From the NCBI GenBank assembly GCA_965198005.1, contig CBDAOI010000002.1, positions 768,001 to 832,000 on the forward strand: a DNA stretch of 64,000 nt, written 5' to 3'. Under the pieces are notes generated by a model. It was not told the origin of the DNA and did no database searches. It saw only the letters and a program-made list of their open reading frames with translations. Made by a program: the position numbers and the translations under genes. Position 1 is the stretch's first letter. Each line of letters starts with the position of its first letter. The DNA is from Spirochaetia bacterium. GTDB lineage: Bacteria > Spirochaetota > Spirochaetia > SZUA-6 > Bin103. Positions 27,660 to 36,589 of this stretch are shown here, piece after piece.

Positions 27660-28355
27660 CTCGATCTTCAGGCGGTCGACGACCTGCTGACCACCACCCG
27701 CGCCGTGCGCCGCCGCCTCGATTATGACCGGCCGGTCGAGCGCAGCGTGATTCTGGACTGCATTCGCCAGGCGCAGCAGGCGCCGACCGGCGGCAACGCC
27801 CAGGGCTGGCGCTGGATCGTGGTGGAGGACGCTACGACCCGCGCGGCGCTCGCGGACATCTACCGGCGCGGCGGCGAGCCGGCACTGCGCCAGGGGTTGG
27901 CGGGCGCGCGCACCGGGCAGACGCGCCGCGTGTACGCCGCGGCCCTGTTCCTGATGGAGCGGCTCGCCCGCGTGCCGGTCCACGTCATCCCCTGCATCAC
28001 GGGGCGCTGGCCCGAGCACCCGACCAACGCCGCCCTCGCGCCGCGCTACGGCTCGATCTTCCCGGCGGTGTGGTCGTTTCAGCTCGCGCTGCGGGCGCGC
28101 GGTCTCGGCACCGTGCTGACCACCGTGCATCTCAACGCCGAGCGCGCGGCCGCCGAGCTGCTCGGCCTGCCCGACGACGTGCTGCAGATCGGGCTGCTTC
28201 CCGTCGCCTACACCACCGGCGGCGAGTGGCGCCCGGCCGCCCGCCCCCCGGCGGCGGCGATCGTCCACTTCGACCGCTGGCAGGACCCGCCCGGCGTCAA
28301 GCGCGCCGGCTGCGGCGGTTTGGATCCGCGCCCGCGTAGAGCTGCCGGCGCCTGA
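27660..28355 (+). CDS. Nitroreductase family protein (start uncertain or lost)
   Basis: DLLTTTRAVRRRLD, AQQAPTGGN.QGWRW, GSIFPAVWSFQLALRARGLG. Confidence 0.85.
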   Translation, partial: LDLQAVDDLLTTTRAVRRRLDYDRPVERSVILDCIRQAQQAPTGGNAQGWRWIVVEDATTRAALADIYRRGGEPALRQGLAGARTGQTRRVYAAALFLMERLARVPVHVIPCITGRWPEHPTNAALAPRYGSIFPAVWSFQLALRARGLGTVLTTVHLNAERAAAELLGLPDDVLQIGLLPVAYTTGGEWRPAARPPAAAIVHFDRWQDPPGVKRAGCGGLDPRPRRAAGA

Positions 28356-29169
28356 CCGCGGAGTCGCGCCGGCAGCGCTCGAAGTCCGCCTCGTGCAACC
28401 GGCCGCGCGGCGGATCGGCCAGCTCGAAGTGCCCGTAGCGATCCTCGCCGCGCACCAGGCGGACCATCCAGCGCTCGCCCGTGCGCTGGCGCATCGAAGG
28501 CCTGATATAGCGAATTGCCGCGCCGATGCGGCGATCGTCGGTGGTGTTGGGTCCGGAGGCGTGAAACAGATGGCCGTGGTGCAGCGAGGCCTGACCGGTC
28601 TGCAGCTCGGCGGCCACGCCATCCTCCTCGTCGACCTCGACGGCAATCTCCTGGCCGCGGGTAAGCAGGTTGTCGGCGGCGAAGGTATCGACGTGCGGCA
28701 CCAGTCGGCGCCGGTGGCTGCCCGGCACGAACCGCATGCAGCCGCTGTGGACCGTGGCCGGTGACAGCGCCACCCAGCCAGTGGTCTCGTCGACGTCGTC
28801 CAGCCCCCAGTAGGTCAGGTCCTGGTGCCAGGACACGATCTTGGGCGAGTGCGCTTCCTTGATGAACAGGTTCACGCTCCAGACGATGAGATCCGGGCCG
28901 AGCACCTCGGACGCCGCCGCCAGCAGCGTCTGGTTGCGGACCAGCGCGTCGAACGATGGAAGGAGATGGTTCGTGGAGGAGCGCAGGAGCCCCAACCGCT
29001 CCGGATCGTTGGCCAACTCCGCCTCCGCTGCCTCCAGATCGGCGCGGATCGCCTGAGCCTCGGCCACGCTGAGCACGTCGATCGGAAACACGAACCCGTC
29101 CCGCCGGTACGTCTCGGCCACGTCGATTGCTTCGGAACCCATGCGTGCCGCCTTGAAACTGACGTCCAT
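28297..29169 (-). CDS. Phytanoyl-CoA dioxygenase (PhyH) family protein
   Basis: YRRDGFVFP, SWHQDLTYW, GCMRFVPGSH, SLHH..LFHASGPN....RRIG. Confidence 0.92.
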   Translation of the reverse strand: MDVSFKAARMGSEAIDVAETYRRDGFVFPIDVLSVAEAQAIRADLEAAEAELANDPERLGLLRSSTNHLLPSFDALVRNQTLLAAASEVLGPDLIVWSVNLFIKEAHSPKIVSWHQDLTYWGLDDVDETTGWVALSPATVHSGCMRFVPGSHRRRLVPHVDTFAADNLLTRGQEIAVEVDEEDGVAAELQTGQASLHHGHLFHASGPNTTDDRRIGAAIRYIRPSMRQRTGERWMVRLVRGEDRYGHFELADPPRGRLHEADFERCRRDSAVRRRQLYAGADPNRRSRRA

Positions 29170-29456
29170 TGCCGCGCCTTGCGCCGATCCCGAACTGTAG
29201 CACCGAATCGACGCGCCGGTCGACGGCACGATACGCCCGACAACAAGACCTGCTCGCACTCCGAGGCATATGGCAGAGTCCCGGCAACGTGTGCGCGCCA
29301 GGTGACGCCGTCAGCGCGACCTGCAGCCGCCGGCCGCCACGGGTTGAAGCGCCGGCGAGCGCGGTCCGTTGTACGATGACATGAGCTTATGAGCGACGTG
29401 ACGGACGTGACGAATGGTGGTGTACAGATCGCCGCCGAGGCGGTAAGATGGCGGTT

Positions 29457-30272
29457 GTGGCGGTAGCCTTCGACACCCTCAAGGCGGCGACCCGGCTGCA
29501 GAAAGAAGCTGGTTTCGACGAAACCAAGGCACGGGTGCTGGTTTCGACCTTCGCCGAGGGCATGGTCGAGAACCTCGCCACCAAGGACGATATTGCAGGC
29601 CTGCGCCGCGAGATCGCAACTCTTGCCACCAGGGAAGAGCTGGCAGCCCTGCATGGCGAGACTAAGCAGACCGCGGCCAGCCTGCGTGCCGACATCGCAA
29701 CTCTTGCCACCAGAGAAGATCTGGCAGCCCTGCATGGCGAGACGAACCAGATGGCGGCCAGCCTGCGCGCCGAGATCGCAACTCTTGCCACCAGAGAAGA
29801 TCTGGCAGCCCTGCATGGCGAGACGAACCAGATGGCGGCCAGCCTGCGCGCCGAGATCGCAACTCTTGCCACCAGGGAAGAGCTGGCAGCCCTGCATGGC
29901 GAGACTAAGCAGACCGCGGCCAGCCTGTGCGCCGAGATCGCAACTCTTGCCACCAGGGAAGATCTGGCAGCCCTGCATGGCGAGACTAAGCAGACCGCGG
30001 CCAGCCTGTGCGCCGAGATCGCAACTCTTGCCACCAGGGAAGATCTGGCAGCCCTGCATGGCGAGACTAAGCAGACCGCGGCCAGCCTGTGCGCTGAGAT
30101 CGCAACTCTTGCCACCAGGGAAGAGCTGGCAGCCCTGCATGGCGAGACTAAGCAGACCGCGGCCAGCCTGCGTGCCGAGATCAGCAAGGTTCAGGAGCGG
30201 CTGACGGTACGCCTGGGAGGCGCTATCGCTGCCGCTGTGGCGATACTGGTTGCCGTAGACAAGCTGCTGTAA
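29457..30272 (+). CDS. CCDC90/DUF1640-like membrane-anchored coiled-coil protein with repeat expansion
   Basis: FDTLKA..RL..EAGF.E.KA..LV, LATK.D, repeat stalk, C-terminal TM helix. Start is GTG 29457 or ATG 29448. Confidence 0.85.
   Translation: MAVAFDTLKAATRLQKEAGFDETKARVLVSTFAEGMVENLATKDDIAGLRREIATLATREELAALHGETKQTAASLRADIATLATREDLAALHGETNQMAASLRAEIATLATREDLAALHGETNQMAASLRAEIATLATREELAALHGETKQTAASLCAEIATLATREDLAALHGETKQTAASLCAEIATLATREDLAALHGETKQTAASLCAEIATLATREELAALHGETKQTAASLRAEISKVQERLTVRLGGAIAAAVAILVAVDKLL
29610..30182 (+). repeat. 81-bp tandem repeat x7 (27 aa, EIATLATRE[E/D]LAALHGET[K/N]Q[T/M]AASL[R/C]A)
   Basis: ATCGCAACTCTTGCCACC recurs every 81 bp from 29613. Confidence 0.95.
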
Positions 30273-30339
30273 GCCAGCACACACGCCGTCAACACGGTGA
30301 CGTCAAGCGGCCGAAGGATGGGGGGGATGGCGTGCTGCG

Positions 30340-30497
30340 GAGGCGGGGCGCTTGACCGGGAAGCCGTTGAGCGCCGGCTGGGATTGGACGTGCCTGTCTA
30401 CGTGCAGTACGGACGCTGGATGGGAGACATTTTCCTGCGCGGCAGCCTTGGTGAATCGCTGATGGGCCGCAGGGCGGTGGAGGAGAAGATAATAGAG
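30340..30497 (+). pseudogene. dppB N-terminal loop shard
   Basis: DREAVERRLGLDVPVYVQYGRWMGDIFLRGSLGESL...EEKIIE, closely matching the intact dppB at 8201-9157. Confidence 0.85.
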
Positions 30498-30789
30498 GCA
30501 ATCTTGCGCGCCGTCCGTGCCGCGGCCGGGACTCGCGGGCACGCTGGCAATGAGGATTGACCCAAATTGTGCCACCTTACTATATTGCCCTCTTCCCCGG
30601 GGTCGCGGGCTCTCGTAGCGCGACGTTCGCGACGTTCTCCTGCGACTCTCGCGTCCTGTACGCCCCGCTGCGCCACGACCGTTGCGGGCACCAGTGCGGA
30701 GACCGGGCGCACGGCAGCATCATCCAACGTCGAAACCAATTACGAGATTGAACGGCGGCCGCTGATTGAGCACAGGCTGGTAAGGAGCA

Positions 30790-32199
30790 ATGATCAAAGG
30801 TCCCATGCGCAGACTGAGACGACGGCTGTGGCGGCGCTTCCGGAGCGGGTTCTCCGGACACAAGACCCACGTCGACGATCGGCTCCGCCGCGAGATGGGG
30901 GGCCGTGCCGTCGCCAGATACGTGGTGAGCGAGAAGCAGCTGCCGGCCTACCGCTTCGTCGACCTGTACCGCGCCATAGACGGGAGCCTGACCGACGTCG
31001 ACAACGTGCGGCGCATCGAGTCCAACAACGAAGAGGACCTGAACAGCCTGTTACACGGCGAGCGCAATCGCTGGGATTCCCGCCGAATCACCAAGTCCCC
31101 GCGCATCGCGTGGACAGTGGGCCCCGATGAGGAAGTCTTTCTCCCCGTCGATCAGCACTGGGTGTTCCCGGATTTCGAGACCGCTGCCCCGGCCATCGTC
31201 CGCCTGCGCTACCGAAGCGAGAAGGATACTGCAACGCTGGCAGTTGCCGGGGTAGCTTCCGGCCATGTCGACGCCCGCATCCGCCGGCTGATTGCCGACA
31301 GCGTTGCCACGTCGATCTACCGTGAACGGCTGATCACGCTGGCGTATGAGGCGGGCACCAGAGACGAGTCGGGAGATATTGAGAAGATGGAGCAGCTGCG
31401 GGTCAGCTTTGCCGTCGCCGCGCCGGTCTCGCGGCGGGAGTTCGTGGTCGACGAGGGGATCTACAAACTGCTGTGGCGGAACGTCATCGACCTTTACGAA
31501 CGACGCCACGTTCTCAAGGCGCACGGCGTCCCGCTGCGCCGCGGGTTGTTGCTGCACGGGCCGCCCGGTACCGGCAAGACATTCGCCTGCCGCTACCTGT
31601 GCGGACGACTGGTCAACACGACGCGCATCGTGGTTGCCGGAAATGCGCTGAACCGAGTCGCCCAGTTGTTCGCGTTCGCGCGCGCCTATCAGCCGTCGAT
31701 CATCATCCTGGAAGATGTAGACTTGGTCTTTGCGGCTCGCGACATCAACCTCTACAGCTCGGCGTTGGGCGAGCTGCTGGACCAGATGGACGGGTTGCGG
31801 CCCTCCGACGAGGTCGGCGTCATCCTGACCACCAACTCCATCGAACGACTGGAAGCGGCGATCAAGGACCGTCCGGGACGCATCAGCCAGTGCGTATATT
31901 TTGGGCCGCCCGGGCGCACCCTGCGGCGACGCTACATTGCGCAGTATGCCAAGGCGTACGACTATGCGGCGACCGACGTCGAACGGTTGGTCGACCTGAG
32001 CCATGGGACGACGCCGGCATTCATCAAGGAATGGGTCCACCGAACGGTGCAGATCGCCACGCAGGGACTCGGCAGTGACGCCAAACTGTCCCTGTCGAAC
32101 GCCAACTTCCAGGAAGCCTTCGATGAGATGAAGCAGGCGTCGAACGGATCGTCGGGGCGCATCCTCGGGTTCCTGGAGGGGCAAGGAGTACCGGCATGA
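30790..32199 (+). CDS. AAA+ ATPase (classical clade) with uncharacterised N-terminal region
   Basis: RGLLLHGPPGTGKT, IIILEDVD, LLDQMDG, TTN....LE.AIKDRPGR. Confidence 0.9.
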   Translation: MIKGPMRRLRRRLWRRFRSGFSGHKTHVDDRLRREMGGRAVARYVVSEKQLPAYRFVDLYRAIDGSLTDVDNVRRIESNNEEDLNSLLHGERNRWDSRRITKSPRIAWTVGPDEEVFLPVDQHWVFPDFETAAPAIVRLRYRSEKDTATLAVAGVASGHVDARIRRLIADSVATSIYRERLITLAYEAGTRDESGDIEKMEQLRVSFAVAAPVSRREFVVDEGIYKLLWRNVIDLYERRHVLKAHGVPLRRGLLLHGPPGTGKTFACRYLCGRLVNTTRIVVAGNALNRVAQLFAFARAYQPSIIILEDVDLVFAARDINLYSSALGELLDQMDGLRPSDEVGVILTTNSIERLEAAIKDRPGRISQCVYFGPPGRTLRRRYIAQYAKAYDYAATDVERLVDLSHGTTPAFIKEWVHRTVQIATQGLGSDAKLSLSNANFQEAFDEMKQASNGSSGRILGFLEGQGVPA

Positions 32200-32276
32200 A
32201 GCCCAACATTCTGTTGGTGATCACCGACCAGCAGCGCGCCGATGCTCCGCACTTCAACCACCTGGCCGAGAGCTGA
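32196..32276 (+). pseudogene. Sulfatase N-terminal shard
   Basis: ATGA-coupled MKPNILLVITDQQRAD, then a stop within about 10 codons. Confidence 0.75.
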
Positions 32277-32288
32277 TCGCGTGCTCGA

Positions 32289-33101
32289 TCAGGCGCTTGC
32301 GGTCAGGGCTTGCCGGAGAGCGCCGATCTCGGCGTTGGCCAGGCCGATCCGGGCCAGGTAGCTGGTCACGTCTCGGTACTGGGAGCGCAGCCAGAACAGG
32401 AAGATCGGCATCAGCTCGCCGGGACAGAAGCGTGCCGCGTAGTCCGCCTCGTCGGCCACCGGGAGTGGTTGGTCGCGGTACGCGCGCTGCCTCAGCATAC
32501 GCCGGAACTGGTTGCGCGCGGTGTGGGTGTAATCGGCCGCGATCGCCAGGTCGGGCACCCCGGCGAGGAGCAGCAGCAGGGCGCTGATCACGCCGGTACG
32601 GTCCTTGCCCGCCTCGCAGTGGTACACCGCCGGCGTCGCCTGCGGCCGTGCCAGCAGGCGCAGGATCGCCCGGAGCTGGGATTGGCGCCGCTCCAGCCAG
32701 CGGCAATAGATGCGCAGATGGGAGAACAGGGGGAGCGCGGCGTAGCGGGAGTCCTCGTCCGCGTCGCGCCAGCTCACGTCGAGCACGTCACCCGCCACGG
32801 AGTACTGATCGCCGCTCATGTCCAGGTGGTGGTAGGCCACCGCCCGGTGCCTGCGCAGCGGGTTGGGCGGCGTGTGCACCCACTCCGCCTGGCGCAGATC
32901 GATCACCGTCCGCACCCCGAGCCGCAGCAGCGCGTCGACCCCGTCGGCGGAGAGGTTGGCGAGATTATCGGCGCGGTAGAACCGCCCGCGGGCAACGGTG
33001 CCGCCGTCGTGACGCGGCAGGCCGCCGAGATCGCGCATGTTGCAGATCCCGTCGGCCGTGACCATCCGCGGCGCGGTCAACTCCTCGTAGCTGGGCAGCA
33101 C
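32289..33101 (-). CDS. Tyrosine/lipid phosphatase (Y_phosphatase3 family); 5-prime end possibly truncated
   Basis: NMRDLGGL, FYRAD.L, VIDLR, P-loop HCEAGKDRTG, IAADY. Confidence 0.88.
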   Translation of the reverse strand: MLPSYEELTAPRMVTADGICNMRDLGGLPRHDGGTVARGRFYRADNLANLSADGVDALLRLGVRTVIDLRQAEWVHTPPNPLRRHRAVAYHHLDMSGDQYSVAGDVLDVSWRDADEDSRYAALPLFSHLRIYCRWLERRQSQLRAILRLLARPQATPAVYHCEAGKDRTGVISALLLLLAGVPDLAIAADYTHTARNQFRRMLRQRAYRDQPLPVADEADYAARFCPGELMPIFLFWLRSQYRDVTSYLARIGLANAEIGALRQALTASA

Positions 33102-33105
33102 GCGC

Positions 33106-33372
33106 TTATTCTGGGTGTACTAGCGCCAAGCCCGTGACGCATGCGAAGTGGGCGTCGTTGGTGAGCAGCCGCGCGCCGGTCTGTAACGCGTGGGCGGCGA
33201 CCCAGACATCGTTCACCGGGATCGGTGTTCCAGCCTTGCGCAGCCCGGCGGCAACCCATCCAAACCGATTGCAGGTCTCCATGGTAAAAAACGACGTGTC
33301 ACGTCGCTCTGCCACCTCGCGAAGCCGGCGTTCAAGCTCTTGATCGAGATTCCAGATTGTCAGTTGCTCCAC
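33106..33372 (-). pseudogene. In-frame deletion fusion of an RHH antitoxin N-terminus and a PIN toxin C-terminus
   Basis: MEQLTIWNLDQEL.RRL...A....TS joined to LRKAGTPIPVNDVWVAAHAL....LLTNDAHF..V.GL. Confidence 0.8.
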
Positions 33373-33523
33373 GTGAGCGGAACCTACATCAAATGTCGAC
33401 TCTTAGCAAGTCATCCTTGACTGGACGCTTTGACGGCGTTGGAGGCATGTTTTCATCACCGGTCTTTCACCGCAGGACAGCCCAGAGCTTTGGCGGCGGC
33501 AGGCCAGCGCGTCAGCGCGCTCA

Positions 33524-34165
33524 CTACGCCATGCTCAGGTCGGCATGCTGGCGGCCGGGGGGAGCCGCCGTCCGTGCCACGCCCGGCTGCTCAACGCGGC
33601 TCACCGCTGGCCGTGGAGGAGCCGAGCCGTACCTGGCGCAGCGCGGGTCCCGCTGCCGGTTATGAACCGCACAATGTAGTCTCAGATTGGCGAGGTCGTC
33701 ACTCCCGCCCAGGGCCCTGGGGACGATGTGATCGATCTGCAGCAGGTGGGTGGAGCCGCAGATCATGCCGGTATGCGGATCCCGGTAGCAGCAAGCGGCC
33801 CCGTACCTCCGCCACACCGCGCGCCGCACGGCGGCCGGAATGTGCCCCCGCTTGCGGCGCTCGCCGCCGGACTGCCGCGCCTCCGCTGCCAAGTCTGGCT
33901 GATCGGGCTGCGTCCCGGTGCGGACAAGCTTGCTCGGCGGCCACGGCACGCTCCGGTTCTGCGGCGAACCAAGCGTTCGGTGCTGGGACTGGCTGCCGGC
34001 GCGGTCGTGGTCTGCTGCCGGCGCTCCCCGGTTCTGCGCCGAACCAGGCGTCTCGCGTCGAGCTTGGCCACTGCCGCGGTCTGCCGGCGACGCTCCATGC
34101 TTAGGCGGTAAACCGAGCGTCTCGCGCCGGACGTGGCCGCCGTCGCGGTCTGCCGCCGCCGTTGC
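33524..34165 (-). pseudogene. HNH endonuclease C-terminal remnant with about 70-bp degenerate linker repeats
   Basis: HIPAAVRRAVW.R....C.Y......CGS...LQIDHIVP.A.GG....NLRL.C..HN. Three related units at 33951, 34023 and 34093. Confidence 0.8.
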
Positions 34166-34170
34166 CGTAA

Positions 34171-34491
34171 ATGGCTCCGATGATCGTCATTTTCAGCATC
34201 TCCATCGGCGACATCATCCTGTCGGAGGCATCTCTCAGCTTCCTCGGATTCGGCCTGCCTCCTGATGTTGCCAGCTGGGGCGGTATGCTGAGCCGAGACG
34301 GGCGCAAATACATGGAGGCGAAACCTGTGCTGGCGTTGTTGCCGGGGCTTGCCCTTGCGACGGTGATCTACGGTGTCAACATGTTCGGCGATGCGGTACG
34401 GGACCTGCTTGATCCGCGACTCACGGGCGGCCGCGGGAGTGCAGTGGGCCGCTACGGACGGGCAACAGCGAAGAGGGCCACAAACTCGTGA
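34171..34491 (+). pseudogene. dppC C-terminal shard
   Basis: APMIVIFSI.IG.IILSEASLSFLGFGLPP..ASWGGMLS...NMFGDAVRDLLDPR. Confidence 0.88.
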
Positions 34492-34540
34492 CACTCATCG
34501 CGTTCCCGCGAATCACGGGGGATCGGATAGGATGGGGGGC

Positions 34541-35863
34541 ATGGCGGTAGCGGCGGGGCAGGCGGGGATCGACCGCATTCTGGAGCGGGTGCCGTTGCCG
34601 GCGGTGGTGCCGGTGCGGCAGGAGTTGGCGTCTTCCCCGATTCGGGACCTGACGGCAAGCATGCACGCGGCGCTGGCGCGCGGGGGGCTGGCGGACATGG
34701 TGCGGCCGGGGCAGCGGGTCGCGGTGGCGGTGGGCAGCCGCGGCATTGCCAATCTGGCGAGGCTGGTACGGCTGCTGGTGGCCGAGCTGCGGCGGCTGGG
34801 GACGCAGCCGTTCGTGATTCCGGCGATGGGCAGCCATGGCGGCGCCACCGCGGACGGCCAGCGGCAGGTGCTGGCGCACCTGGGGGTCACCGAGGACGGG
34901 GTCGGGGCCCCGGTCCGGGCCACCATGGACGTAGTCGGCCTGGGCGAGGCGGCGCCGGGCCTCGCCGCCTGGTGCGACAAGTTCGCGCTCGAGGCCGACG
35001 CCACCCTGATCCTGAACCGGGTCAAACCGCACAGTTCGTTCCGCGGGCGCTACGAGAGCGGGCTGCTCAAGCTGGCCGCGATCGGGCTCGGCAAGCAGCA
35101 GGGCGCCGAGACCTGCCATACGCTCGGCTTCGGGCGGCTGGCCGAGCGCGTGGCCGCGGTCGGGCAGGCGGTGCTGGCGCGCGCCAACGTGGCCGGCGGC
35201 CTGGCGGTGGTCGAGAACGCGCTCCATCAGACCCACCACCTGGAGCTGGTCCCGGCCGCCGCGATTCCGGAGCGCGAGCCGCAGTTGCTGGCCCTGGCCT
35301 GGGAGCTCTACCCGGAGCTGCCGTTCGACGAGCTGGACGTGCTGGTGATCGGCCGGATCGGCAAGGACATCAGCGGCACCGGGTTCGACCCCAACGTGGT
35401 CGGGCGCTACAGCACCGAGTACGCCAGCGGCGGACCGGCCATCGGCCGCATCGCCGTGCTCGACGCCACGCCCCGCACCGGCGGCAACGTCAACGGCATC
35501 GGAATCGTGGACGTCACCACCCGCCGCCTGTTCGACAAGCTCAGCTTCGCCGAGACCTATCCGAACGCGCTCACCTCGACCGCCACCCAGACGGTGAAGA
35601 TCCCGATGGTGATGGCCAACGACCGGCAGGCGATCCGGGCGGCGATCCGCACCAGCACGCTGCCCGACCCCGCCGCGGTCCGGCTGGCGTGGGTCCGCGA
35701 CACCCTGTCGCTGGACCGGCTCCTGGTGTCGGCCAACCTCGCCGCCACGGTGGACGCCCGCCCCGGCGTGACGGTTACCGGTGCGCCGCGCCCGCTGCGG
35801 TTCGATGCCGCCGGCGCGCTACTCGAAGACGATGGTGTAGTCGAGCGGCTGGTCGAGCACTAA
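34541..35863 (+). CDS. Lactate racemase N-domain (LarA/DUF2088-like) protein
   Basis: VAVAVGSRGIANL, PFVIPAMGSHGGAT, NRVKPH, ESGL.K..AIGLGK, IGKDISGTG.D.NV.GR. Confidence 0.85.
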   Translation: MAVAAGQAGIDRILERVPLPAVVPVRQELASSPIRDLTASMHAALARGGLADMVRPGQRVAVAVGSRGIANLARLVRLLVAELRRLGTQPFVIPAMGSHGGATADGQRQVLAHLGVTEDGVGAPVRATMDVVGLGEAAPGLAAWCDKFALEADATLILNRVKPHSSFRGRYESGLLKLAAIGLGKQQGAETCHTLGFGRLAERVAAVGQAVLARANVAGGLAVVENALHQTHHLELVPAAAIPEREPQLLALAWELYPELPFDELDVLVIGRIGKDISGTGFDPNVVGRYSTEYASGGPAIGRIAVLDATPRTGGNVNGIGIVDVTTRRLFDKLSFAETYPNALTSTATQTVKIPMVMANDRQAIRAAIRTSTLPDPAAVRLAWVRDTLSLDRLLVSANLAATVDARPGVTVTGAPRPLRFDAAGALLEDDGVVERLVEH

Positions 35864-36589
35864 GATCCGCAGCAGCGGGATGGTGATCACGATCGAACCG
35901 TCCGACTGCAACTCGCCGCCCTGCTGATCGATCACCCGCCCCTCGACCTTGACCGTCACGGTCACCGCCGACTCGTTTACCGCGTCCGGTCCCCCCTCGC
36001 CGAGCACGAAGGCGATCATCTCCAGGTACTCCGGATCGGTCACCTCCAGGTCGGGCTGCGGGCCGAGACCGACCAGCAGCGGGTTATCCAGCGCCGGAAA
36101 CAAGGTGGTGAGCTGGTGATAGTTGTCCCCGGACAAGTGGACCCGCAACGTGCGCCGCGGGTCGCCGGTCAGCGAGATCACGGGCATCACGCCGGCCTCG
36201 GCCGCGGCCTCGGTCGAGTACTCCAGCACCGACGCCAGATCGTCGAACGCCAACCGCACCTCCAGCCGCTCGGGCGTGGGGCTGGCGACCCATTCCAGGT
36301 GCACGCCGGGCCGTTCGTTGACCGCCTCGGTCAGCTCCTCCAGGTCGAACACGGTGCCGGACTCCTGCTCGGCGTCGCCCGACACCTCGGCCAGGGTCAG
36401 CAGATACTCGACGAACAGCCGCTGCAGCACCACCCGGATCTCGGCCGCGCCCGATCCGCTCAGGCGCACCTCCACCTGCTGCTCGACGTTGCAGCCGGTG
36501 GCGGCGATGGCGGCCAGGCACGCGAGCCCGGCAACCACGCGCCGGACGGTCCGGCCGGTACGACTGCGAACTACCCGCGCGCCACTCAT
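35819..36589 (-). CDS. Hypothetical lipoprotein
   Basis: Basic N-terminus, hydrophobic stretch, lipobox-like ATGC. ATGA-coupled to the M20 peptidase. Confidence 0.7.
   Translation of the reverse strand: MSGARVVRSRTGRTVRRVVAGLACLAAIAATGCNVEQQVEVRLSGSGAAEIRVVLQRLFVEYLLTLAEVSGDAEQESGTVFDLEELTEAVNERPGVHLEWVASPTPERLEVRLAFDDLASVLEYSTEAAAEAGVMPVISLTGDPRRTLRVHLSGDNYHQLTTLFPALDNPLLVGLGPQPDLEVTDPEYLEMIAFVLGEGGPDAVNESAVTVTVKVEGRVIDQQGGELQSDGSIVITIPLLRILVLDQPLDYTIVFE

Noticed and set aside
18289..27660. Integron cassette array to explain the TA/defence genes
   Set aside because: No integrase, mixed gene orientations, and no recurring attC-like sites found.
29610..30182. 81-bp repeats as a CRISPR or ncRNA array
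   Set aside because: Head-to-tail coding repeats within one ORF, with no spacers.
28297..35863. Convergent 3-prime overlaps (28297-28355 and 35819-35863) as antisense regulation
   Set aside because: Short tail overlaps are common in GC-rich genomes with few stop codons; no further evidence.
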